DNA of 64,000 bases from an uncultured Mycoplasmatota bacterium (lineage in GTDB: Bacteria; Bacillota_I; Bacilli_A; RF39; UBA660). A model generated the notes under the pieces. The model was not told where the DNA came from. It saw only the letters and a program-made list of their open reading frames with translations, and made no database searches. The translations under genes were made by a program, and so were the position numbers. The stretch lies in assembly GCA_947426265.1 (NCBI GenBank), contig CANEDJ010000002.1, positions 367-64,366 on the forward strand, written 5' to 3'. Shown here in pieces: positions 31,013 through 39,727 of the stretch (position 1 is its first letter; each line of letters opens with the position of its first letter).

Positions 31013-31985
31013 TGTAGAGAAGTTCATTGATAAATGCTTAAATTCGATATTAAAGCAAACATATAAAAATTTAGAGATTATATTATATGATGACTGTTCA
31101 GAAGATAAGACAAATGAAATATTGAAAACTTTGCAAAAAAAAGATGGTAGGATTAAAGTATACTTTGGAAAAGAAAATGCAGGACCAGGAGGAGCGAAAA
31201 ATGAGGGTTTAAAAAGAGCAACGGGTGATTATGTTTTATTTATTGATAGTGATGATTATGTTGGAAAAACTTATATTGAGGAAATGGTGAATGTTGCTTT
31301 GAAAAACCCTGCTTTAGATATAATAACTACAAATTTTACCAAAATAGATCAGAATGGAAAAATTGCCTATATAAGAGACTATAAGAATAGTGAAGTTGCC
31401 TTATGGCAAAAAATAACTACATGGGGAAAATTATTCAAAAGAGAGTGGTTAACTAGCAATACTTTGTCATTACCATATGGAAAGGTATTGGAAGATGTTT
31501 TATTCCATGGAGCTTGTATGATTGTCAATCCTAAATCAGAGCTTTGTCATAATCAAGAATATTATTATGTTTTTAATAGTCATTCGATCTCACATACAAC
31601 ATTAAATCAGTTTAAACCTGGAGCTTTAAAGCAGGGACAAGAATACTTAATTTCACTAAAAAACATAGCAAAAACAGAAGAAAAAGAAGAACTTCTTAGC
31701 TATTTTGCCTTTCAATATATTTGTTGGCATCTTTTAAAAAGTGGTAATAATGTTGGAAAAGAAGCAATGGAAAAAGAATATGATCAAGCATTTTCTTTCT
31801 TAGAAATAGAATTTCCTAAGTTCAAAAAAAATAGATATATTTCTATATTTCATCCTCAAAAAGAAAGACGAATTATATTTTTTGTAATGTACAATACAAA
31901 AATATTATATAAATTGCATTTAGCAAAATTCTTTTTTAAAATTTATAGTAGGGTTAATTTGGAGAAATTATGGCCAAATTTATAA
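30981..31985 (+). CDS. Glycosyltransferase family 2
   Basis: VVIPCYNVEKFIDKCLNSILKQTYKNLEIILYDDCSEDKT and FIDSDD motifs. RBS AAGGAAG 6 nt upstream of the ATG at 30981. Confidence 0.8.
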   Translation: MLISVVIPCYNVEKFIDKCLNSILKQTYKNLEIILYDDCSEDKTNEILKTLQKKDGRIKVYFGKENAGPGGAKNEGLKRATGDYVLFIDSDDYVGKTYIEEMVNVALKNPALDIITTNFTKIDQNGKIAYIRDYKNSEVALWQKITTWGKLFKREWLTSNTLSLPYGKVLEDVLFHGACMIVNPKSELCHNQEYYYVFNSHSISHTTLNQFKPGALKQGQEYLISLKNIAKTEEKEELLSYFAFQYICWHLLKSGNNVGKEAMEKEYDQAFSFLEIEFPKFKKNRYISIFHPQKERRIIFFVMYNTKILYKLHLAKFFFKIYSRVNLEKLWPNL

Positions 31986-32398
31986 CCCCAAAAGTAAAGG
32001 AATTAATTCGTTTTGTTTTTGTAGGTGGGGTAATGACTGTTATTAACTTTGCTTTACTCGCATTTTTTAAGGAATTTATAGGTATGAATTATATGATAGC
32101 AAATGTAGTTTCCTATATTATTGCTGTTATATTATCATATTTTATAAATGTTATCTTTACATTCAAACAACAAGTGACAAAGACAAAAGAAGAATGGAGT
32201 AAATTAGTAAAATATTGTATTATGAAATTAATTATATTAGGAATGGATAGTGCATGCTTGTATATTATGGTGAGTAAAATTGAAATGAATATATATATTG
32301 GTAAATTAATCTTAACAGTCGTTTTTACATTTGCTTCATTTGGAATTAGTAAAATTATTGTATTGGAAGGAAAAAATTATGAAAATAATCGCTTATGA
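31970..32398 (+). CDS. GtrA-family membrane protein (polyprenyl-phosphate-sugar handling)
   Basis: 142 aa, 4 TM. N-terminus IRFVFVGGVMTVINFALLAFF is typical of GtrA. Confidence 0.7.
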   Translation: MAKFITPKVKELIRFVFVGGVMTVINFALLAFFKEFIGMNYMIANVVSYIIAVILSYFINVIFTFKQQVTKTKEEWSKLVKYCIMKLIILGMDSACLYIMVSKIEMNIYIGKLILTVVFTFASFGISKIIVLEGKNYENNRL

Positions 32399-33356
32399 TT
32401 TTGATGGAACTATTTATGATGGAGATTCTTCAGCTGATTTTTATAAATTTTGTTTTAAAAAGAAAAAAAGTATTTGCAAATATTGTATAAAACAACTGTG
32501 GTTTCTTGGACTTTATGTTTTAGGGCTAAAAACAAAAACAGAAATGAAAGAAGTGTTATTTTCTTTCTTAAAAGAGTTCAAAGACCAAGAAAAATTAGTA
32601 GAAGAATTTTGGGATAAACATTATGTAAAGATGAAGAAATGGTATTTAGAAAAAAGTCATTCAAATGATATTATTATTTCTGCTTCTCCAGAGTTTCTTT
32701 TAGAAGTTCCTTGTAAAAGATTAAAAGTAAAAGATTTAATTGCCACAAAAGTAGATATGAAAACAGGAGAATTTTTAAGTGAAAATTGCCATGGAGAAGA
32801 AAAAGTAAAAAGAATTAAAAAAAAATATCCAAAAGCAGAAGTAGAAGAAATGTATACAGATAGTCATGTAGACTTACCAATGATTGAATTAGCAAAAAAA
32901 GGATTCAAAGTGAAAAAAAATGTAGTCATGCCTTATTATGACTATAAAGAAACAAAATTAGAAAAAATAAAGCATACATTTTTAACTCCTAAATTTATAC
33001 GATTTGTATTTGTAGGGTGTTTAAATACCTTTAATGGAGTATTGTTTTCATTTTTATATTCATTATTTATAGAGAATGCTACTATAGCATTTATGGTAGG
33101 ATATATGACAAGTTTAATATTTTCTTACTTATTAAATAGTTTTATTACATTTCATGATAAAAAAATTACTATTTTTAAATTTATTAAATTTTGTATTTCT
33201 TACATACCTAACTTTATCATTCAACTCATTTGTGTATATATTGTTATTGATTTATTACATTGGTATAAATTGATAGCCTATATTATTGCAGCAGTTATAG
33301 GAATACCAATTACTTATTTAGCACTATTATTATTTCCGTTTAAAGAAAAGAAATAA
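32379..33356 (+). CDS. HAD-superfamily phosphatase fused to a C-terminal GtrA-like membrane domain
   Basis: HAD motif I MKIIAYDFDGTIYDG. C-terminal 120 aa repeat the GtrA pattern (FIRFVFVGCLNTFNGVLFSFL...). RBS GGAAGGA before the ATG at 32379. Overlaps the upstream gtrA-like gene by 20 nt. Confidence 0.6.
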   Translation: MKIIAYDFDGTIYDGDSSADFYKFCFKKKKSICKYCIKQLWFLGLYVLGLKTKTEMKEVLFSFLKEFKDQEKLVEEFWDKHYVKMKKWYLEKSHSNDIIISASPEFLLEVPCKRLKVKDLIATKVDMKTGEFLSENCHGEEKVKRIKKKYPKAEVEEMYTDSHVDLPMIELAKKGFKVKKNVVMPYYDYKETKLEKIKHTFLTPKFIRFVFVGCLNTFNGVLFSFLYSLFIENATIAFMVGYMTSLIFSYLLNSFITFHDKKITIFKFIKFCISYIPNFIIQLICVYIVIDLLHWYKLIAYIIAAVIGIPITYLALLLFPFKEKK

Positions 33357-33394
33357 ATATTAAAATAAGCATATAATATATTGATTTTATCAAT

Positions 33395-33423
33395 TTGACA
33401 TTTTATTTTAACTATGATAGAAT
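33395..33423 (+). promoter_or_regulatory. Consensus sigma-A promoter driving the structured RNA
   Basis: TTGACA, 17 nt, TAGAAT. Confidence 0.6.
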
Positions 33424-33429
33424 GTTGAA

Positions 33430-34035
33430 TTGTAAATTGAAATGGCACATTATTCTAGTCAATTTCGTTTATTATGAAGGTGGCCCTAAAAAGTCACTAA
33501 AGAGCATATCTGTGAAACTTCTGGTGCTTGCTTCTTACGCCCAGTTTGGGGTGAGTGCTGGGAGGTATGGATGTTTAGGCAACTGTAATGGCATACAGAA
33601 CAATCGACCCACCATCTTGGAGACCTAACCTTGTTATTTCCCTATACACGAAAGTTGATGGAGAAGTGACGACTTAGGATTAAACCTACTATGTGATGAT
33701 AAGTTACGAGTAGTGTAGCTTGTCCTGAGTGAGTATTTGGGGATTATTGAACGGCTTTTATTTGATTGGCCAACCAAATAAAAGAATTGCAATATGAAAC
33801 AATACTTGCAAAAAGGAACTAATAATAAACAGAGTTGTCGAGGAAATCTCCTAGAGTGTCTATTTATATAGGATTGCAGTGCGTACTCAGTGGCAATCAA
33901 GTCATATATTCGGTGACGATATATTTACTTCTATAATGGGGAACCCCTCGTCTGGTAACGGAAGAGTTTGAAGTAAGGGAAATCCTACTTGACCTTAAGA
34001 CGTAAAGTTTACTATATAAATAGCCATTTTTTTGT
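33430..34035 (+). ncRNA. Large (~600 nt) structured ncRNA; candidate OLE-like (ornate large extremophilic) RNA
   Basis: GC content is clearly above the flanks. Six-frame ORFs here are short and on both strands. Own perfect promoter. Immediately upstream of a 4-TM ~21-kDa membrane protein, matching the reported OLE-oapA arrangement in anaerobic/extremophilic Firmicutes. Confidence 0.45.
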
Positions 34036-34055
34036 ATATTTTTAAGAGGTGTATA

Positions 34056-34637
34056 ATGGGAAAATATATTGATGAATTAAATAAAAATAAGAAACTAAAA
34101 AAAGAAAAAAAATTAGTTGATTATAGGTGGATCTTGAAAATATCGATTATAGCTTTTACTTTATCTATTGTATTTTCGCTACTTTCAGAAACAGTTATGC
34201 CAAAGGTGAATCTTTGGATAGGAATTATTATATTAATTCTGTTTATTGGAATCGGAATTATGTTTGATATGGTAGGAGTAGCAGTAACAGCAGCAGCAGA
34301 AACCCCATTTCATTCTATGGCAGCAAGAAAAGTAAGAGGAGCTAAAGTAGCTGTAAAATTTAAAAAGAACGCCGCTCAAGTGTCTTCCTTTTGTAATGAT
34401 GTAATAGGAGATATTTGTGGCATTGTATCAGGATCGACAGGAGCTATTTTAGCAATCACGATTTCTTCTTCCTTGCGAGTTGATGCTCTATTAGTAAGTT
34501 TACTTGTAACTGCTTTGATAGCAGCCCTAACAATAGGAGGAAAAGCAATGGGAAAAGGTTTTGCTGTCAGTAAAAGTAATATCATTTTATATGAATTTTC
34601 TAAAATAGTATCATTATTTTATAATCCCAAAAAATAA
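34056..34637 (+). CDS. OapA-like small polytopic membrane protein (4 TM)
   Basis: RBS AAGAGGTG precedes the ATG at 34056 (MGKYIDEL...). Four hydrophobic helices. Position directly downstream of the large ncRNA. Confidence 0.45.
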   Translation: MGKYIDELNKNKKLKKEKKLVDYRWILKISIIAFTLSIVFSLLSETVMPKVNLWIGIIILILFIGIGIMFDMVGVAVTAAAETPFHSMAARKVRGAKVAVKFKKNAAQVSSFCNDVIGDICGIVSGSTGAILAITISSSLRVDALLVSLLVTALIAALTIGGKAMGKGFAVSKSNIILYEFSKIVSLFYNPKK

Positions 34638-34668
34638 GTAGGAAACTATTAAAGTTGTAAGATAAATG

Positions 34669-34725
34669 TTGACAATTATTGCTAAATTTAGATATAATAA
34701 TAATTAGAAATAGTAATCATTACTA
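34669..34725 (+). promoter_or_regulatory. Promoter (TTGACA-18-TATAAT) plus a perfect 7-1-7 Fur-family (PerR-like) box TAGTAATcATTACTA at the transcription start
   Basis: -35 at 34669-34674, -10 at 34693-34698, palindrome at 34711-34725 directly upstream of the Fur-family gene. Confidence 0.6.
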
Positions 34726-34741
34726 CTTAGGAAGTGATATT

Positions 34742-35125
34742 TTGAAATATTCTGATAGAAGAGAATGTATATTTGAAAGAATAAAAAATTCTTATGATCA
34801 TCCAACTGCTGAAATGATTTATGAAGACGTAAGGAAAAGTATTCCAAATATTAGTTTAGGAACTGTTTATCGCAATTTAAATCAATTAGTAGAGGAAGGG
34901 TATATCAGAAAAATTACAAACCTTGATGAAAACGCTCGTTATGATAAAAATGATATGCATGCTCATATGAAATGTCTAAATTGTGGACTGATTTTAGATT
35001 TAGAAAAAACAATGATACCAAATATTTCAGAGTACGTAGAAGAAAAAAGTGGTAATAAGATACTATCTCAAGAATTATTGCTTACAGGAATCTGTAAAGA
35101 ATGTAGAAAGAAGGAAAAAGTATGA
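34742..35125 (+). CDS. Fur-family transcriptional regulator, PerR-like (peroxide regulon repressor-type)
   Basis: Fur fold [36 protein letters not shown] and two CxxC pairs (CLNC...CKEC). TTG start after AGGAAGTGA. The ORF-track N-terminus runs through the promoter and is not real. Subtype assignment rests on rubrerythrin adjacency. Confidence 0.65.
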   Translation: MKYSDRRECIFERIKNSYDHPTAEMIYEDVRKSIPNISLGTVYRNLNQLVEEGYIRKITNLDENARYDKNDMHAHMKCLNCGLILDLEKTMIPNISEYVEEKSGNKILSQELLLTGICKECRKKEKV

Positions 35126-35661
35126 ATTTAAAAGGAACGAAAACAGAACAAAATTTAATGGCAGCATTTGCTGGTGAAAGTCAAGCTAGAAACAAATATA
35201 CTTATTATGCATCAAAAGCTAAAAAAGAAGGATACGAACAAATTGCAGCAATTTTTGAAGAAACTGCTAAAAACGAAAAAGAACATGCTAAAATGTGGTT
35301 CAAATTATTACATGAAGATCAAGTTCCATCAACAATTGAAAATTTAGAAGATGCAGCGAATGGAGAAAATTATGAATGGACAGAAATGTATGCAGAATTC
35401 GCTAAAATAGCTCGTGAAGAAGGATTGGAAAAAATCGCATTCCTTTTTGAAGGAGTAGCTAAAATTGAAAAAGAACATGAAGAAAGATATAAAGCATTAC
35501 TAGCTAATATCAAAGAAGGAAAAGTGTTTGAAAAAGAAACAAAAACAATGTGGGTATGTCGTAACTGCGGGCACGTTCACTTTGGAGAAAAAGCTCCAGA
35601 GGTTTGTCCAATTTGTGCTCATCCACAAGCATATTTTGAATTAAGAGCTACAAACTATTAA
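35122..35661 (+). CDS. rbr: Rubrerythrin
   Basis: Di-iron ferritin-like motifs ([32 protein letters not shown]) and a C-terminal rubredoxin-like CRNCGHVH...CPICAHP. Confidence 0.9.
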   Translation: MNLKGTKTEQNLMAAFAGESQARNKYTYYASKAKKEGYEQIAAIFEETAKNEKEHAKMWFKLLHEDQVPSTIENLEDAANGENYEWTEMYAEFAKIAREEGLEKIAFLFEGVAKIEKEHEERYKALLANIKEGKVFEKETKTMWVCRNCGHVHFGEKAPEVCPICAHPQAYFELRATNY

Positions 35662-35664
35662 TAA

Positions 35665-35689
35665 AGAGCATCAAAAGATGCTTTTTTTA
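35665..35689 (+). terminator. Rho-independent terminator
   Basis: AGCATC-AAAA-GATGCT followed by TTTTTTT. Confidence 0.7.
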
Positions 35690-35784
35690 CACTTCAAATG
35701 TAAAACATGTTAAAAAATATTTTTTTTCACTTTTATTAATGATATAATAATGATAAGAAAGATAAAGCACATAGAGGTGATTTT

Positions 35785-36627
35785 ATGAGTCAAATAATAG
35801 ACGGAAAAGAAATAAGTAAGCAAATTAAAGAAGAACTTGCTTCTAAAGTAAAAACATGTATGATTAAGCCAAGTTTAGCAGTAATACAAATTGGGGAAGA
35901 TCCAGCTAGTAATGCTTATATCAAAGGAAAAGCAAAAGCAGCAAATGAAATAGGAATGAACTTTAGACTATTTCAATATGCTTTTGATACAAGTGAAAGA
36001 GAAATTGTAAATAAAATTGTAGAACTGAATAATGATGAATATATTGATGGAATTATTGTTCAATTACCACTTCCAAGTGGAATGAGTACAAAAAAAATTA
36101 TTAATGCAATTGATGTATCAAAAGACGTGGATGGATTAACAGATAAAAGTATAGCTAGGTTTTATAATAACAGAAAATGCTTTGTTCCATGTACACCACA
36201 AGCAGTTATGGAATTATTAAAACGAAAAGAAATTGAAGTAGCAGGAAAACATGTAGTTGTAGTAGGAAGAAGCAATTTAGTAGGAAAACCATTGGTACAA
36301 CTTTTTTTAAAAAAAGATGCAACAGTTACAGTTTGTCATTCTAAAACAGAAAATTTAAAAGAGCTTACAAAATTAGCTGATGTTTTGATTGTGGCTGTTG
36401 GGAAAAAACATTTGATTACTGCTGATATGGTAAAAGAAGGAGTAATCATTATCGATGTAGGAATTACAAGAGAAGATGGGAAACTATATGGAGATGTTGA
36501 CTTTGATAAGGTGGAAAAAAAGGCATCTTATATTACACCTGTACCAGGTGGAGTTGGCCCAATGACAGTTACTATGTTATTAAGAAATGTAATAGAATGT
36601 TATAATAATAAGAACACCAGTAAATAA
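35785..36627 (+). CDS. folD: Bifunctional methylenetetrahydrofolate dehydrogenase/cyclohydrolase
   Basis: MSQIIDGKEISKQIKEEL N-terminus, GRSNLVGKP and PVPGGVGPMTV motifs. Confidence 0.9.
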   Translation: MSQIIDGKEISKQIKEELASKVKTCMIKPSLAVIQIGEDPASNAYIKGKAKAANEIGMNFRLFQYAFDTSEREIVNKIVELNNDEYIDGIIVQLPLPSGMSTKKIINAIDVSKDVDGLTDKSIARFYNNRKCFVPCTPQAVMELLKRKEIEVAGKHVVVVGRSNLVGKPLVQLFLKKDATVTVCHSKTENLKELTKLADVLIVAVGKKHLITADMVKEGVIIIDVGITREDGKLYGDVDFDKVEKKASYITPVPGGVGPMTVTMLLRNVIECYNNKNTSK

Positions 36628-36645
36628 TAATACTGGTGATTTTTT

Positions 36646-37428
36646 ATGAAAACAATTTTAATAACAGGTGCAAGAAGCGGAATTATGCATCAAGTAATAG
36701 AACAATTACTAAATAAAGACTATCATATTTATGCATCTGTTCATACAGAAAAAGAGTTAGAGCGGATTCAAAAAAAGTACCAGGAGGAATTACATGTAAC
36801 TTGTTTAAAACTAGACATTAAAAATAAAAATGATTACAAACAATTGGATTTATTAGATATTGATATTTATATAGCAAATGCAGCAAATGGAATGGGTGGA
36901 AGTATTATGAACATGGATATAAATAGAGTTAGAGAAAACTATGAAACAAATGTGTTCGCAAATTTAGAACTTCTACAATATATTTTAAAAAAAATGATAG
37001 AAAGGAAAAAAGGGAAGATCATTTTGATGGCATCTCTAGCTGGAATTTTACCAGTACCTTTCTTAGGAAGCTATTGTTCCACAAAAGCAAGTCTTATTAA
37101 ATGGGCAGAATGTTTGAAACTAGAACTTTTAGAAACAAAACTTCCCATTACTGTTACTTTAATAGAACCTGGACTATACAGGACTGGTTTTAATCGAATT
37201 ATGTTAGAAAACAAATATCCTGAAGTGGAAATGGAAAGTTATTTTAATAAGATTATAGAATTGCTTCATATGCAAGATCAAATGTTATTGAGGTTTTCTA
37301 GAAAGAATTTAACATCAATTAGTAATAAAATATGTGAAGCAATTGACAGCAAAAAAACAAAATTTATTTATCGAGCTCCATTCATAGAAGTTGTAACAGC
37401 AAAATTATTTCAGTTGTTTTTCGAGTAG
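36646..37428 (+). CDS. SDR-family oxidoreductase
   Basis: TGARSGIM Rossmann motif and YCSTK catalytic motif. Confidence 0.75.
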   Translation: MKTILITGARSGIMHQVIEQLLNKDYHIYASVHTEKELERIQKKYQEELHVTCLKLDIKNKNDYKQLDLLDIDIYIANAANGMGGSIMNMDINRVRENYETNVFANLELLQYILKKMIERKKGKIILMASLAGILPVPFLGSYCSTKASLIKWAECLKLELLETKLPITVTLIEPGLYRTGFNRIMLENKYPEVEMESYFNKIIELLHMQDQMLLRFSRKNLTSISNKICEAIDSKKTKFIYRAPFIEVVTAKLFQLFFE

Positions 37429-37459
37429 CTTCATGTTATACTTAGAAAGGTGATATTAA

Positions 37460-37750
37460 ATGCTAGAGTTTAAAGATAATGAGACAATAGAGGTTATTGA
37501 TACACAAGCCTGGATAGAATCTAATAATGAAAAAATAGAAATTCAGTTAATTGTTACAAATATGCGCTTTTTAGCAGTTAAGGAGACTCCAAAAGGAAAA
37601 TTTGTAATCTGTGATTTCAATTTGGAAGAAATGGAAAGAATAGATCATCAAACACAAAATACAACTTGCTGGTTAGTTGAAAATCGATTTGTAAAATTTG
37701 ATAGTGATCCGATTGGAGAATATTTACTAAAATATATTTCAAACAAATAA
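37460..37750 (+). CDS. Hypothetical protein
   Basis: 96-aa ORF. No motif recognised. Confidence 0.35.
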   Translation: MLEFKDNETIEVIDTQAWIESNNEKIEIQLIVTNMRFLAVKETPKGKFVICDFNLEEMERIDHQTQNTTCWLVENRFVKFDSDPIGEYLLKYISNK

Positions 37751-37818
37751 AATTAAAAAAGGAATAATAAAGTATTGTCAAACAAAAATAAATATGATAT
37801 CATTATATTGTTCCAAAT

Positions 37819-37895
37819 GGCGATGTAGCTCAGTTGGCTAGAGCAACTGGTTCATACCCAGTAGGTCGAGAGTTCGAATCTCCCCGTCGCTACCA
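37819..37895 (+). tRNA. tRNA-Met (anticodon CAU; elongator or lysidine-modified Ile2, not initiator)
   Basis: Cloverleaf folds by eye. Acceptor GGCGATG pairs with CGTCGCT (including G-U). Anticodon loop TTCATAC. T-loop TTCGAAT. CCA end encoded. Confidence 0.8.
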
Positions 37896-37905
37896 TAAGA
37901 TTATA

Positions 37906-37936
37906 AACTAGATAAGTTAACATCTAGTTTTTTTGT
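37906..37936 (+). terminator. Rho-independent terminator after the tRNA
   Basis: AACTAGAT...ATCTAGTT followed by TTTTTT. Confidence 0.7.
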
Positions 37937-38042
37937 TAAAAAAGCATTATAATTTCTTATATGTTATGAAAGAATTGTGAAGTTTCTCTAAATCCTTTGA
38001 CTTTTAAAGGAGAAACTATTATAATTTTTATGGAGTGAGATT

Positions 38043-38765
38043 ATGAAGCAGAAAATATTAGTTTTAATAATTGCAATGGTAGCATTATTTCCATGGCAAG
38101 TAAAAGCAGAAGAAAATTTATATCATTCTAAAAATTTGGAAGAGATATTAACAGAAGAAGGAATTGAGCATGATTTGACTGGCTACACAGAAACAGAAGA
38201 TCAAGCTATTATATATTTATTTAGAGGGAATGGATGCGGATATTGTCGTAATTTTTTAACTTTTCTCAATAGCATTGTTCCAGAATATGGAAAATATTTT
38301 AAAGTCGTTTCTTATGAAGTATGGCAAGATGCTAGCAATACTCCTTTATTAAATGGTTTTTCAAAATCACTAAAAGTAGAAGTAGAAGGAGTTCCTTTTA
38401 TTATTATTGGTAATCAATACTTTCCAGGATATGCTAATGTATATGATGATAGAATAAAAGAAGCAATTTTAAAAGAGTACGAAAATAAAAATGAGAATAA
38501 CATGATCGAGGAAGCGATGAAAAATGCTGGAAGTGAAGGTTATATAGATCCAAATAAAGAAAATAATAACGGAGAAATATATAATACTTCTACTGAAGCA
38601 AACCAAACAGAAACATCAATTGTTTTGTGGAATTTGGTATTTATCATAATTGGAACTGGCATTATTTTAATTGTAAATTATATGCAAAATAAAAAATTGG
38701 AAGAAAAGTTGGATGATATAATGTTTCAACTAAAAAAACAAAAGAAAGCCAAAAAGGAAGACTAA
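38043..38765 (+). CDS. Secreted, membrane-anchored thioredoxin-fold protein (CxxC)
   Basis: Signal peptide, LFRGNGCGYCRNF active-site-like motif, and a C-terminal TM anchor. Confidence 0.55.
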   Translation: MKQKILVLIIAMVALFPWQVKAEENLYHSKNLEEILTEEGIEHDLTGYTETEDQAIIYLFRGNGCGYCRNFLTFLNSIVPEYGKYFKVVSYEVWQDASNTPLLNGFSKSLKVEVEGVPFIIIGNQYFPGYANVYDDRIKEAILKEYENKNENNMIEEAMKNAGSEGYIDPNKENNNGEIYNTSTEANQTETSIVLWNLVFIIIGTGIILIVNYMQNKKLEEKLDDIMFQLKKQKKAKKED

Positions 38766-38791
38766 AATTCTTTCTTTTTCTATAGAAAAAT

Positions 38792-39679
38792 ATGATTCTA
38801 AATGTGAGTGGAAGAACAGATATTGTAGCATTTTATACAAATTGGTTTATAAAACGTTATCAAGAAGGATTTATAGATGTTAGAAATCCATTTTCAAAAA
38901 AAATAGTAAGCAGGATTTATTTTGAAGATGTTGATGCTATTCTTTTTTGTACCAAAAACCCAATTCCAATTATAAAATATTTGCCAATCATTCAAAAGCC
39001 TATTTTGTTTCATGTGACTTTAACGCCTTATAAAAAAGACATTGAACCTAATGTTCCACCAAAAGGAGTCATTATTGAAGCCATTAAAAAAGTTTCTAAT
39101 ATTGTAGGAATTGACCATATTATGCTTCGTTATGATCCTATATTTTTAAGTGATATATATAACCTAGAATACCATAAAAAAGCATTTGATAATATGTGTA
39201 GTTTATTAGAAGGATATGTAAAAATAATTATTGTTTCATTTATTGATGATTACAAAAACGTTAGAAAAAACAAAAACATACTAAAGATAAAACCATTTAC
39301 AGAAAATGACTTTAAAGAAATTGGGAATTCTTTTAGTAAGAGTGCTAAAAAATATGGTATGACTGTTCAAACATGTTTTGAAAATAATAATTTAACCGAA
39401 TATGGTTTTGTAAAAGGAGAATGTATCAGTCATGAACTTGCGTTTAAGTTAACTAAAAAAACATATAAAAAGTGGAAAGCTAGAAAAAATGGAAATTGTG
39501 AGTGTGTAGAAATGGTTGATATTGGAGCATACAATTCTTGTAGACATTTTTGTAAATACTGTTATGCGAATTATGATGAAGTAAAAGTAAATCAGAATTT
39601 TTCAAAACATGATTTAAATAGCACAATGCTAATTGGGAACTTAGAAAAAAGTGATATAATAAAGAAGAGAAATGCTTAA
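38792..39679 (+). CDS. DUF1848-family protein (Cys-cluster protein)
   Basis: N-terminus MILNVSGRTDIVAFY resembles the DUF1848 signature. C-terminal cysteine cluster CECVEMVDIGAYNSCRHFCKYCYAN. Confidence 0.5.
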   Translation: MILNVSGRTDIVAFYTNWFIKRYQEGFIDVRNPFSKKIVSRIYFEDVDAILFCTKNPIPIIKYLPIIQKPILFHVTLTPYKKDIEPNVPPKGVIIEAIKKVSNIVGIDHIMLRYDPIFLSDIYNLEYHKKAFDNMCSLLEGYVKIIIVSFIDDYKNVRKNKNILKIKPFTENDFKEIGNSFSKSAKKYGMTVQTCFENNNLTEYGFVKGECISHELAFKLTKKTYKKWKARKNGNCECVEMVDIGAYNSCRHFCKYCYANYDEVKVNQNFSKHDLNSTMLIGNLEKSDIIKKRNA

Positions 39680-39727
39680 AAGATGAAATTTTTATGTTAT
39701 AATAAATATAAGAAGTAAGGATGTGGA

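Noticed and set aside
33580-33615. RNase P RNA-like 3' motif GGCAUACAGAACAAUCGACCCACC
   Set aside because: It resembles the B-type RNase P P4 3' strand (GGCUUACAGAACGUUAGACCAC). However, it lies only ~160 nt after the promoter, and there is no GAGGAAAGUCC 5' partner at the expected distance. It is most likely coincidence or part of another RNA family.
33880-33890. B12-box-like GCCACTG on the minus strand
   Set aside because: No minus-strand gene lies downstream for it to regulate, and the rest of a cobalamin riboswitch core was not evident.
33395-33900. ORF-track entries 33395..33628 (+, 77 aa) and 33634..33900 (-, 88 aa)
   Set aside because: They lie inside the GC-rich structured RNA region. 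They have no RBS, sit on opposite strands, and have odd composition (Cys/Arg/Gly-rich). They are better explained as chance frames in an ncRNA.
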